A stretch of 64,000 nt of DNA from an uncultured Nitrososphaerota archaeon (GTDB lineage: Archaea > Thermoproteota > EX4484-205 > JAAOZP01). Numbering within the stretch: the stretch's first letter is position 1; the number at the start of each line of letters is the position of its first letter. The notes below the pieces were generated by a model. That model saw only the letters and a program-made list of their open reading frames with translations. It did not search any database and had not been told where the DNA came from. The translations under genes were made by a program, and so were the position numbers. The DNA lies in the NCBI GenBank assembly GCA_964635675.1, contig CAZWPT010000043.1:14963-78962 (forward strand), in the 5' to 3' direction. This document shows positions 19,756-28,851 of this stretch, one piece after another.

Positions 19756-20680
19756 CCTCCCCCAGGATGAAAGGCGCCTCCCCGTAGGGAAGGTGTGGAG
19801 CGTCGAAAAGGTATGCGACCCGGGTGTTCTCCTTCCCCTTCCTCAGGAATAGACGGTAGGTGCTTGCATGCGCGACGACGTTTCCCCCGGCCGGCTTGTT
19901 CGGGTCTCCGAAGAACTGGCCAGGATTAGTGACAACCTGGTTAGTAACAACGACGGCTAGGTTAAGGGCCTCGGCAAGCTTAAGCAGCTTGTGGACGTGA
20001 CTGTTAAGCCTCTGCTGCCTTAGGGCAAGGGCTTCCCTGCCCAGGTACTCGCCTCTAAACTGGCTGGTCAGGGAGTCTACTATGATCAGTCTTATTGGAC
20101 GCTGGCTGCATATCTCCCAGGCCTTGTCTACTAAGAGAACCTGGTGGTCGGAATTGTAGACCCTGGCGTAAATAATGTTCTTAAGACCCTTCTCGGCTTC
20201 CAGCCTGTGCTTCTTGGCTATCTGCACAATCCTCTCAGGCCTGAAGGTCCCCTCAGTATCTATGAATAACGCGCCGGCCTCCAACCCGCCCTTATCCTTG
20301 GGAAGCTGGACGGTAACGCACAGGGTGTGGCAGAGCTGGGTCTTCCCGGTTCCGAATTCTCCGACCAGCTCCGTCATAGCCTGGGTTTCAACTCCACCGC
20401 CAAGCAGGGAGTCTAGGCTCTTGCTTCCAGTCGTGATCTTCTGGGCGAGCTGCCTTCTCTTCAAAACCTCGTCGGCGGTGACAAGGCTTATCTTCACGAG
20501 CTCCCTAGCGGCCTGAGATATTTTCAGCGCGGTATCGTAGCCTATCCCAGTTGCCTCGGAGAGCTCGAAGGCTGTTGCAACAGCAAGAGACTCAACGGTC
20601 ACATACCCTGCTTCCCTGAGCTTCCTGGCTGTTGCAGGCCCAACACCCTCAATATCCTCAAGCGAACACTCGCTTAACAT
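19724..20680 (-). CDS. radA: DNA repair and recombination protein RadA
   Basis: N-terminal HhH domain 'IEGVGPATARKL', GEFGTGKT, IDTEGTFRPER, 'GGNVVAHAST'. Confidence 0.92.
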   Translation of the reverse strand: MLSECSLEDIEGVGPATARKLREAGYVTVESLAVATAFELSEATGIGYDTALKISQAARELVKISLVTADEVLKRRQLAQKITTGSKSLDSLLGGGVETQAMTELVGEFGTGKTQLCHTLCVTVQLPKDKGGLEAGALFIDTEGTFRPERIVQIAKKHRLEAEKGLKNIIYARVYNSDHQVLLVDKAWEICSQRPIRLIIVDSLTSQFRGEYLGREALALRQQRLNSHVHKLLKLAEALNLAVVVTNQVVTNPGQFFGDPNKPAGGNVVAHASTYRLFLRKGKENTRVAYLFDAPHLPYGEAPFILGEGGIADAPGPG

Positions 20681-20765
20681 TCCTGCGAAAAACCCTGTAA
20701 ACCCTTCTTTTAAAGATGGGGGGAGGCAAACGCTTGAGGGAGAGGGTTGAGTGAAAGTGATTAAA

Positions 20766-20951
20766 GCGCGCGCAGAAGATGCTAAAAATTAGAGCAAAAA
20801 TCGTAGTACCTGCTGCAAATCTCGCCTCGAGCCCAAATAACAACACTAGGGCTGGTACTATTATCGTGCCTCCAGCTAACCCCACAATGGACAAGATAGA
20901 AGGCGAAGCTGCAGCGAGCATAGCAAGCAGTATTGCGATGCTGATCTCCAT
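20766..20951 (-). pseudogene. TSUP/TauE-SafE family transporter N-terminal fragment
   Basis: 'SIVGLAGGTIIVPAL..FGL....AAGT'; truncated exactly at GCGCGCGC 20766-20773. Confidence 0.75.
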
Positions 20952-21189
20952 GCTCTTTGCGCTACAACCGACATAGTCTTATTAAAAGTTTTATTTCAAA
21001 ACGACATGCTTTTAAGAATATCTGGTAATGTAGTTGTGTGTGGCACGCGCGCTTATGTTGTCAACGCGCGATTAACAATTCTGATATCTGGTGGCATTTA
21101 TAACTAATAAATGTCATAAAAATTTATTTTATATTTTCAGGTTCCCATTTACGCCGTTCCGGTCTGCTGTGTCTCAGCTGAGGTTGGGG

Positions 21190-21597
21190 CTAAGTTTCTC
21201 CGGACTCGCTTATGGGTTTGGTCTCAGCCTTCTCCTGAACAGCCTTCGATGCCTTATATTCCTTCCAAGCCTTTATCGCCTCCGCAAAGCTCTTCCCAGA
21301 CCTTATCTGGTCTCTAACGAAGATATTCATCTCAGTTAGTTTGCGTGGTTTCCTGACTTGTCTTGGCGCTGCTGCTTTCATAGTTTTCATAGACGCGATA
21401 AGCTGCTTCTGCATCTCGATCATCTGCTTCTGCGCATCGATCATCTGTCCCATGTTCTTAGTGGTTGATTTGAGTTCGCTGCGGATCTCCTTAAGATAGC
21501 CCGACATCTGTGTCAGACTTCTCTCCAGTCGCTCGACCTCTCTCTTTAATGCGGACTCGGTTATTATCTTAACCGCCTTTTTCGCCAATTCTATCAC
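21190..21597 (-). CDS. coiled-coil protein with C-terminal HMG-box/YABBY-like basic helical domain
   Basis: heptad region followed by 'PRKLTEMNIFVRDQI..GKSFAEAIKAWKEYK'. Confidence 0.5.
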   Translation of the reverse strand: MIELAKKAVKIITESALKREVERLERSLTQMSGYLKEIRSELKSTTKNMGQMIDAQKQMIEMQKQLIASMKTMKAAAPRQVRKPRKLTEMNIFVRDQIRSGKSFAEAIKAWKEYKASKAVQEKAETKPISESGET

Positions 21598-21779
21598 GTT
21601 AAGTTGGGCAGGCTTATTATATAGCTTTTTGTGTTCGCTATTAACATTATTTTATAAATATTGAATACTTAAGCTCGATATTAAACAACTTTACGGTTAC
21701 AGAGGTTTTTCGATTCTCAATAAGGGTGGGTATTGCCAACTTTTTTAAGCCTGCGGCCCCTATACTAGTAAGTCGTTTT

Positions 21780-22763
21780 TCACCTGTGCCCGAAAACAGG
21801 CTTAGGCCTATATGGTTCTTCCAGATGTCTGATCTCGTCCTCCGAGAGCCTAACTTCCAAAGCCTCAACGGCTTCCTCAACGTGTTCAGGCCTCGTTGTT
21901 CCTATTATCGGGGATGTAACTCCCTTGTGATACAACCAGGCTAGAGCTATCTGAGCTGGCTTCAACCCTTTTTCATGCGCCATCTCCACAACTCTTCCCA
22001 CTATCTCAGCGTTTTCAGGCGGCTCTATGTACGTCTTGTAGTCAGGAGTGTTGGGCCTCAGCCTGTCGATATCGGACTCGGTTACGACCAGCCTACTCTC
22101 CTTCAAGTACTTTCCAGAGAGAACTCCCGCTGCAGTTGGGCTCCACGGTATCAAACCTATTCCCTCGCTCTTGCACAGGGGGATCATTTCCCTCTCCTCC
22201 TCTCTATACAGGAGGTTGTATACGTTCTGCATGCTTATGAACCTCTCATACCCGTGTTTATCGCTGACATGCAGCGATTTCGCGAACTGCCATGCCCACA
22301 TGCTTGATGCCCCTATGTACCTCACCCTGCCCTGCCTAACCAAATCCGTAAGCGTCGACAGGGTTTCCTCGATCGGCGTCTCGTAGTCCCACCTGTGTAT
22401 CTGGTAGAGGTCAATGTAGTCCGTGCCCAGCCTTCTCATCGACTCTCCAGCCTGATGCATGATGTGTTTTCTCGAGAGGCCTCTTTGGTTCGGCTTTTCC
22501 CCCATGGCTCCAAAAACCTTAGTTGCTATGACAACGTCTTCCCTAACGTCCTTCAAGACCTCCCCCAGTATCTCTTCGGACCTCCCGCGCGAGTAAACGT
22601 TAGCTGTGTCGAAGAAGTTTACGCCTAGGTCTAAAGCCTTGTTGATTACTTTCCTAGCGTCCTCTATCTCAACCATCCACCCCCTAGCGTTTCCAAAAGA
22701 CATACAGCCTAAACATACCCTTGAGACTTTCAACCCCGAGGATCCAAGCCTAACATATTCCAT
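21780..22763 (-). CDS. aldo/keto reductase
   Basis: 'LGSSGLKVS..CLGCM', 'FDTANVY', 'IDLYQIH'. Confidence 0.95.
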   Translation of the reverse strand: MEYVRLGSSGLKVSRVCLGCMSFGNARGWMVEIEDARKVINKALDLGVNFFDTANVYSRGRSEEILGEVLKDVREDVVIATKVFGAMGEKPNQRGLSRKHIMHQAGESMRRLGTDYIDLYQIHRWDYETPIEETLSTLTDLVRQGRVRYIGASSMWAWQFAKSLHVSDKHGYERFISMQNVYNLLYREEEREMIPLCKSEGIGLIPWSPTAAGVLSGKYLKESRLVVTESDIDRLRPNTPDYKTYIEPPENAEIVGRVVEMAHEKGLKPAQIALAWLYHKGVTSPIIGTTRPEHVEEAVEALEVRLSEDEIRHLEEPYRPKPVFGHR

Positions 22764-22849
22764 TTTAGCTCACCGGAAAAAAGCGGTAGCTGTCTTAAGC
22801 TTTTCCCGAAACAAGCGCGGCTAAGGCTTATTATAAACGCTGGGGAACA

Positions 22850-23163
22850 CCTGTGTAGACTACTTCATCCAATCCTCTGAAGTGTTCCTCTCTAGCAATT
22901 ATTTTAGCCTTCAGGATTCTTCCAGTGGCCAGCATGATTCCGTTTGTTAGAATAGGCTTTTTAAGCCCCCTGCCTTCGCGTTCTCAGAAAGCTCTCAGTA
23001 GGCTCCCGCCGCCAAGTTCAACTCCGTATCAATCTCCTTTACGGTACTGTTCATCTAAATGAAGCCTTTCAATAACCTCGTCGTAGCTTTTCAAGCCCAT
23101 ACGTTTCTTTAATGCTTCTAACGATCTTAGGTTGCAGCGCTTAACCTGTATGGTGCGCGTCAT
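22850..23163 (-). pseudogene. decayed, internally deleted paralog of the VapBC pair at 42401-42999
   Basis: reverse strand gives 'MTRTIQVKR.NLRSLEALKKRMGLKSYDEVIERL' followed by '..TVKEID...EHFRGLDEVVY'. Confidence 0.85.
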
Positions 23164-23330
23164 ACTACCATAAATTATAAGTTTTTTCGCTGGCACTGGT
23201 AATGAGCAGACTGTTTACGAGGGTGGAAAAGCTTACGCCCAAACTCGTGAAAAAGTGTGCTGGCGCGTGTGCTTAACTATGAGGACGCGTGCTGGCTGCT
23301 TATTGCACGCTATTGTTCTAATGTTTAAAT

Positions 23331-23347
23331 AGTAGTACTGTACTACT
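23331..23347. promoter_or_regulatory. operator palindrome of AbrB-PIN operon
   Basis: AGTAGTAC-t-GTACTACT between TTTAAAT box and ATG. Confidence 0.6.
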
Positions 23348-23353
23348 TTAATC

Positions 23354-23638
23354 ATGCAGCTTGTTTCGGTAACTAGAAAAGGACAGGTGACAATACCTGA
23401 AGAGGTTAGGAGAAAGGTTGGAATACGGTTAGGTACTAAACTGCTTGTCGACAGTATAGGGAAGGAGTATGTTTTGATGAAGAAGGTTGAAATGGCTCGG
23501 TCTATGGACGAGTTGCAGAGGATTGGAAGGAAACTTGCGAAGCAACAGGGGTTAACCCCCGGCGAGATCCGGAAAGAGATAGAGAAGATCAGGGCGGAAA
23601 TATGGAAGAAGAAATATGCCAGACGTTATGGTGGATAG
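23354..23638 (+). CDS. AbrB/MazE/SpoVT family antitoxin
   Basis: 'VTRKGQVTIPEEVRRKVGI'. Confidence 0.9.
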   Translation: MQLVSVTRKGQVTIPEEVRRKVGIRLGTKLLVDSIGKEYVLMKKVEMARSMDELQRIGRKLAKQQGLTPGEIRKEIEKIRAEIWKKKYARRYGG

Positions 23639-24035
23639 CAACGTTATTTACTCGGGTCTCGTTTTTAAAGGCAAGCCGGCCCGAGTGTTGAAAGCAGTTT
23701 TAGACGGAAAAATGCGGTTGATTATCCCCGAAGACCAGCTTGAAGAATTATACGTTTTATTCAGAAGAAAATCACCGAGTTCCCTATATTTGTTTGAAGC
23801 ATACCTTTCGCTACAGCATGTAAAAATAGTTTCAGCGGAGAAATATCTGAGGAAGATTAAAACCGCTTTAAAATTAACTAGGGATAAGAAGGATGCGCCA
23901 TACATAGCGTGTGCACTCCTGATTAAACCCAAGTATCTTGTCACTGGCGATAAGGATTTCCAAACCGAAACCATAAAGCGGAGACTAAACATTCTCACGC
24001 CCGGGGAGTTTTTAACAATCATTGAAAGAGGGTAG
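23616..24035 (+). CDS. PIN domain toxin (PIN_3 type)
   Basis: 'VDSNV', 'RDKKDAPYIACA', 'LVTGDKDF'. Confidence 0.9.
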   Translation: MPDVMVDSNVIYSGLVFKGKPARVLKAVLDGKMRLIIPEDQLEELYVLFRRKSPSSLYLFEAYLSLQHVKIVSAEKYLRKIKTALKLTRDKKDAPYIACALLIKPKYLVTGDKDFQTETIKRRLNILTPGEFLTIIERG

Positions 24036-24194
24036 GTTAGCGCGCGCTTTGAAGAAATAGAAGTATTTACACCTTAAAACACTAGTAAACTAACTTACGG
24101 GATGGCGATAGCGCGCGCTACGCTAAGGAATACTTTGAGCATTAGATACTTTTCATAGAAAGGTTTAATTATCATCGGTAGCGGCAACATACGC

Positions 24195-25433
24195 GTGGAG
24201 AAAACAAATCAGGGTTTTCACGGAGACCCGGGGAAACCCGGTTTTAGAAACGTTTACGCGATGGGGCTTGTAAGCTTCTTTACTGATGTTTCAACGGAAA
24301 TGGTCACGGGCTACTTGCCTGTCTTTATAGTTCGGGATTTAGGTGGGACGAAGACAATTCTTGGACTGATCGAGGGAGCCGGAGAGCTTGCTAACAATTT
24401 TTTTAGAATGGTAAGTGGTTTTCTCTCAGACAGGCTTGGAAAGAGAAAGCCTTTAGTATTCGCGGGCTATGCTTTTTCAACGGTTTCAAAGCCTCTTTTC
24501 GCGGTTTCAGCAACACCAGTGGACGCGCTTTCAGTCAGAGTTATGGATAGAACAGGCAAGGGGATAAGAACTTCTCCGCGTGACGCTCTTCTCAGCCAAT
24601 CCGTAGACGAGAAGACAACGGGGAAGGCTTTTGGACTTCACCGAACCCTTGACCAGCTGGGCGCTATTCTTGGACCTCTGCTCGCAACTATTCTTTTACC
24701 TTTAATCGGGCCAAGGCTTCTTTTCATAGCCTCTTTCATACCCGGCGTAATTGCCCTGCTTATTCTATGGTTTTTCGTAGTGGATGTGAAAACTGCTCCT
24801 AGAAGGTCGCAGCTTCTTAAAGGAGCGTCTAGAGTCATGAACAGCGACTTTCTCCTCCTCCTAGCAATACTAGCCGTATTCGGGGTCGGATGCTACGATT
24901 TTTCATTCATACTTGTTCGCTCCGCTGAACTGGGGTTTACTCCTGATCTAGTGCCTCTGGTCTACATGGCGATCAACCTGTTTCATACTGCCGTGGGGTA
25001 TCCTGCCGGGGTTCTTTCCGACAGGATTGGGAGAGAGCCTCTTCTCTCGACTTCTTTTCTGCTTTTCTCATTGACTTCTTTAGTCTTCGCCTATTCCAGC
25101 GGGCTTTATGCAATTGTTTTGCTTATTGTTTTCTACGGCCTTTATTTCGGAATATATGAAACAGTGTCGAGGGCACTAGTCCCAAAGTATGCTCCTTCAG
25201 AACTCAGAGGAACAGCCTATGGGCTATTCTATATCGTAGTGGGTTTGGCAAATTTAGCAGGTATGTCGCTAGTAGGGTTTATTTGGGATAACGCTGGTAG
25301 AACTCAAGCCTTTACCTACAGCATGCTCACTGGAATTATCGCAACGATTTTAGCTTGTTTCCTCGTCATCAGGTCAAGAAGAAACTTGGCAAAGAAAACC
25401 TTGCTCGCTAGGCCTGGAGAGAAGACTAGTTAA
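24195..25433 (+). CDS. MFS transporter
   Basis: 'GFLSDRLGKRK', 'DRTGKGIRTSPRDAL'; 12 TM pattern. Confidence 0.9.
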   Translation: MEKTNQGFHGDPGKPGFRNVYAMGLVSFFTDVSTEMVTGYLPVFIVRDLGGTKTILGLIEGAGELANNFFRMVSGFLSDRLGKRKPLVFAGYAFSTVSKPLFAVSATPVDALSVRVMDRTGKGIRTSPRDALLSQSVDEKTTGKAFGLHRTLDQLGAILGPLLATILLPLIGPRLLFIASFIPGVIALLILWFFVVDVKTAPRRSQLLKGASRVMNSDFLLLLAILAVFGVGCYDFSFILVRSAELGFTPDLVPLVYMAINLFHTAVGYPAGVLSDRIGREPLLSTSFLLFSLTSLVFAYSSGLYAIVLLIVFYGLYFGIYETVSRALVPKYAPSELRGTAYGLFYIVVGLANLAGMSLVGFIWDNAGRTQAFTYSMLTGIIATILACFLVIRSRRNLAKKTLLARPGEKTS

Positions 25434-25672
25434 AATCGTTTGCAATCTTGTAGCGCGCGCTATGATGCTCGAAAAAATAGAATTAAACAAATAACTTAAG
25501 ACTAGGAAGTGTACTTCTCGGGTCGGTTTAGGTAGAGGGGCTGGGTAGAAAGCTATTAGATGAAGCAAGGGTTTTCGCCTCTTTCTTGGAAAAGGAAGAG
25601 CGCGTCCATTGGCTGTATCTCAAGTTGGAGAAAGGTTTAAGTATTCCAACTAAGGTATAACTTTTGGAAACC

Positions 25673-25945
25673 ATGGTTGAACTCAGGGTGAAAGTTGGAG
25701 AAAAAGGGCAGATACTCATCCCGAAAGTGTTTAGAGACAGGTATGGGATAGTGGAGGGAGACAAGGTTTCGATTGAACCCACTTCCGAAGGCATCTTGAT
25801 AAGGGGAAAACCCTCTCCAGAGGAAATAATGAAAAGGCTTGAGGAGCATGTTGAAAAGATTAGAAGGATGGGGGTTTCCGGCCCGAAGCTGGGAGACCTA
25901 AGTAGGGTCTATTTGGAAATGGAGTTCGAGGAGAATACTAGTTGA
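25673..25945 (+). CDS. AbrB family antitoxin
   Basis: 'VKVGEKGQILIPKVFR'. Confidence 0.9.
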   Translation: MVELRVKVGEKGQILIPKVFRDRYGIVEGDKVSIEPTSEGILIRGKPSPEEIMKRLEEHVEKIRRMGVSGPKLGDLSRVYLEMEFEENTS

Positions 25946-26355
25946 AAGCCTTTCTAGATTCTTGCTTCCTCATATACTTGAACGCTATGGTGGATGATGA
26001 AAGAAGGCTAGTAGAAGAGCTGTTCAGAAGACTTCTTGAGGAACAGCTGTTTACGAACATGCTTGTGGTAGATGAGGTGCTTTACGTATCGAGAAAGTAC
26101 CGAGTGTCTTATGAGACAACTTTAGATTTCTTGAAAAACATGGTGCTGCCCTACGCTGAAGTCCTGCCCGTTGAAGAGGAGGATTTTAAGCCTGCTGAAA
26201 AATACTTGTTAAAGTACGGTTTGAAACCCTCTGACGCTATACACTTGGCAACGATGGAGAAAGCCGGAGTAAGAAATATAGTTTCTGAAGACAGGGAGCT
26301 CGACAAGGTTAAGGAGATTAAAAGAATCTGGGTTACTTCCAATGTTGAAAAATAG
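25942..26355 (+). CDS. vapC: VapC family PIN toxin
   Basis: 'FLDS', 'PSDAIHLAT', 'VSED'. Confidence 0.9.
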   Translation: MKAFLDSCFLIYLNAMVDDERRLVEELFRRLLEEQLFTNMLVVDEVLYVSRKYRVSYETTLDFLKNMVLPYAEVLPVEEEDFKPAEKYLLKYGLKPSDAIHLATMEKAGVRNIVSEDRELDKVKEIKRIWVTSNVEK

Positions 26356-26474
26356 TGATTATTCTTCAGGAAGCCAGTGTTTCCACGCATACTTTTCCGG
26401 TAATATTGGTGAAGGCGTGGAACATGCAGGAGTCTAGAAGAAAGGCTCTGAAGAGGATTGGGCGCGTCGTTGAA

Positions 26475-27467
26475 CTACTTCAGCACATTCTCCCGCTTTT
26501 TCCCACGTTTGGAGACTAGGGACGCTACTCCTGCAACCATCATGGTGAACAGGCCTATGAGCGCTACGATGCCGCCCACCACCCATCCTCCAAGGATTGA
26601 TGGAACAGTTGTCTTCTCCCGCCATTCTAAGACTGCGTTTACGCTTACGCTCTCATCAACGTCTTTCAAAGGGTTTTCGGCGACGAAGTAAAGTATTGAC
26701 TTCGCTTGGCTCTCCGTGAGCGGGACGTCGAAACCCACCGTTTCAACGTTCTTCCGCTCAAATATGGCGGTGTAGTTTTCATCGGCAAGCCAATTCCAGT
26801 AGTTAGAGTAATCCATCACGTATAAGTTGAACCTTTTTCCACTAGTCTCCGTCGCGTTGCCCCTTATCCTGAAATCCCTAGCCTCCTCGATTAGAAACGG
26901 CGGGGAGGAACTCACGTACTCCGAGCACTCGGTCTTCAGGGTTTTTTCAGTCCAGCTGATCGTCGAGTCGACGAGTACAATCGGCCTCAACCCGGCGCCC
27001 GACTCCTCAACCACGAAGTAGAACGAGTTGGGGAGGGCTTCCTTCGAAGCTATTGAGAAGCTGAAGCTGGTTGAATTCTTCTCCTTATCCTCGTAGAAAG
27101 CCTTGTAGGCTATGCCCGCCTGCCACAGGCCGTAGTTAGCGTCGTCGAAAACGTAGAAGTTGAACGGTCTCGGCGGGGATGATTGCTCCACGGCGCTTCC
27201 AGCCACCACGAAGTCCTTCCCGCCTCCGGGGAAGAATGCAGCCCCCAGGCCTACAGCGTGTTTTAAAGGGGGTTCAACGCTTAGAACCTGCTTAACGAGC
27301 AGCCTGCTGTTCGACTTCCACCCGGCTGAAACGTTCAGGGTCTCACCGTCAACCAGCACCCGGCTTCTCAGCTCCCAGCTGGTTTTCGCAGGCGGCGTTA
27401 CTGCGATAACGATCCCCGCCGCGAGAAGAATTAAGCCTGCTGTGAAAGCCGTTTTCGGCAGACTCAT
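26475..27467 (-). CDS. membrane-anchored protein with two internal beta-rich repeats
   Basis: N- and C-terminal TM; repeated 'FN.YV.D..NY..W....Y.A.(Y/F)E...YFV.E'. Confidence 0.65.
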   Translation of the reverse strand: MSLPKTAFTAGLILLAAGIVIAVTPPAKTSWELRSRVLVDGETLNVSAGWKSNSRLLVKQVLSVEPPLKHAVGLGAAFFPGGGKDFVVAGSAVEQSSPPRPFNFYVFDDANYGLWQAGIAYKAFYEDKEKNSTSFSFSIASKEALPNSFYFVVEESGAGLRPIVLVDSTISWTEKTLKTECSEYVSSSPPFLIEEARDFRIRGNATETSGKRFNLYVMDYSNYWNWLADENYTAIFERKNVETVGFDVPLTESQAKSILYFVAENPLKDVDESVSVNAVLEWREKTTVPSILGGWVVGGIVALIGLFTMMVAGVASLVSKRGKKRENVLK

Positions 27468-27816
27468 TCAATCACACCCCTGTTAATATGGGATTTAAAC
27501 ATGTTCTTAAGTTTTCTCCTTCATATCAAAGTATTCAATACTTTAGATAAGCGTGTCGCGCCGCCGATTAGCCTCGCTTCTAATTAAGCTTTCAACCATC
27601 CCTAGTGTGACTTGAGGCTCCAGCAGGGGTTAGCGGCCTGCCGCTGTCTTTCCATCTCCCCGCGTCTCTCTGTTAGAAGCCACGCGGCTAACCCTGTAAT
27701 GATTACTGCCACTCGAGGATGACGAACACGATGAGAAAGGGTTCTTCGGTGGAGTACGTCCCGCGCGCAGGCTTAAGAAAGAGTTGGGCTTCCGCCCGGT
27801 TAAGCCGTCTGGGAAG

Positions 27817-28851
27817 CTAGTCTATTCCCCGGTAGACCTCCGGGTTCAAAAGATGCAGCGGCTTCTCCCCGTCGAGGAATCTGAACAAGTCTTCAACAAT
27901 CATTTTTGACTGTCTTTCAACAGTCTCCTCAGTGTTTCCGCCGATGTGAGGCGTCACGACGACGTTTTCAAGCCGCAGGAAGGGGTTTGAAGAGTCGACG
28001 GGCTCGTTCTCCTGCACGTCTAGCGCTGCGCCGGCTATTCTACCCTGTTTAAGGGCTTCAAGCAGGGCTGAGTCGTCAACCGTCCCGGGCGACGAGGTGT
28101 TAACCAGTATTGCTGAGGGCTTCATCATAGATATCTCCCTCTCCCCGATAATGTGGTATGTTTCACCCGTGAGCCTCACGTGGAGTGTTACGATATCAGC
28201 CTGGCTTAACAGCTGCTCCAGGCTGACCCTGCTCCCGTTGACCGAGGCTATCTTCTCCTCAGGCACGTACGGGTCGTAGACCAGTATTGACGCGCCGAAG
28301 GCCAGCAGGATTCTCGCAACCCTGGTCCCTATGTCCCCCAGCCCTATTACCCCAACTTTTTTACCACATATCTCCCTCCCCTGTAAAGCGTTGTAAAGCT
28401 CCTGGAAATCCCTATCCGTCTCGTAGGCCACGCCCATGGCCAGCCTCCGCTGAGCGTGGACGATTCTTCTTAGAAGCGTGAGCATCAGGCCTATCGTGAG
28501 CTCAGCCACTGCCTGCGAGTTCCTCCCAGGCGCGTGCACCACGGGTATTCCTTTCGCCGTGGCGGCTGCCACGTCAACCGCGTACGGGGTTCCTCTGCAC
28601 GCTGCGATGAGCCTCAGGCTCGTCCTGTTCACGATGTCGGCTGTCACCTGGTCCGCCTCAACCACGAGTATTTCAACCATGTTCCTGTTGATCTTCTCTA
28701 TAAGCTCGTCTCCGAGGTAGATGCGCCCAGTCTTCCTCCAGTCCTCGTAGATTACTTCAACTCTCTGCGAAAGCTTTTCAAGAGCCTCCTTCGTGAAGGA
28801 TGCTGTTATCAAGCATTTCGGCTTCCCCATAGCGTGCCGCACCCCGTTCAC
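27817..28851 (-). CDS. D-isomer-specific 2-hydroxyacid dehydrogenase (SerA-like)
   Basis: GVIGLGDIG, 'AALDV..EP', 'TPHIGG'. Confidence 0.9.
   Translation of the reverse strand: MNGVRHAMGKPKCLITASFTKEALEKLSQRVEVIYEDWRKTGRIYLGDELIEKINRNMVEILVVEADQVTADIVNRTSLRLIAACRGTPYAVDVAAATAKGIPVVHAPGRNSQAVAELTIGLMLTLLRRIVHAQRRLAMGVAYETDRDFQELYNALQGREICGKKVGVIGLGDIGTRVARILLAFGASILVYDPYVPEEKIASVNGSRVSLEQLLSQADIVTLHVRLTGETYHIIGEREISMMKPSAILVNTSSPGTVDDSALLEALKQGRIAGAALDVQENEPVDSSNPFLRLENVVVTPHIGGNTEETVERQSKMIVEDLFRFLDGEKPLHLLNPEVYRGID

Noticed and set aside
2318-23067. Shared 10-mer AGGCTTCATT at two motif-less deletion junctions (2318 on +, ~23058-23067 on -)
   Set aside because: Only two cases, and part of it is parent-derived; could be chance.
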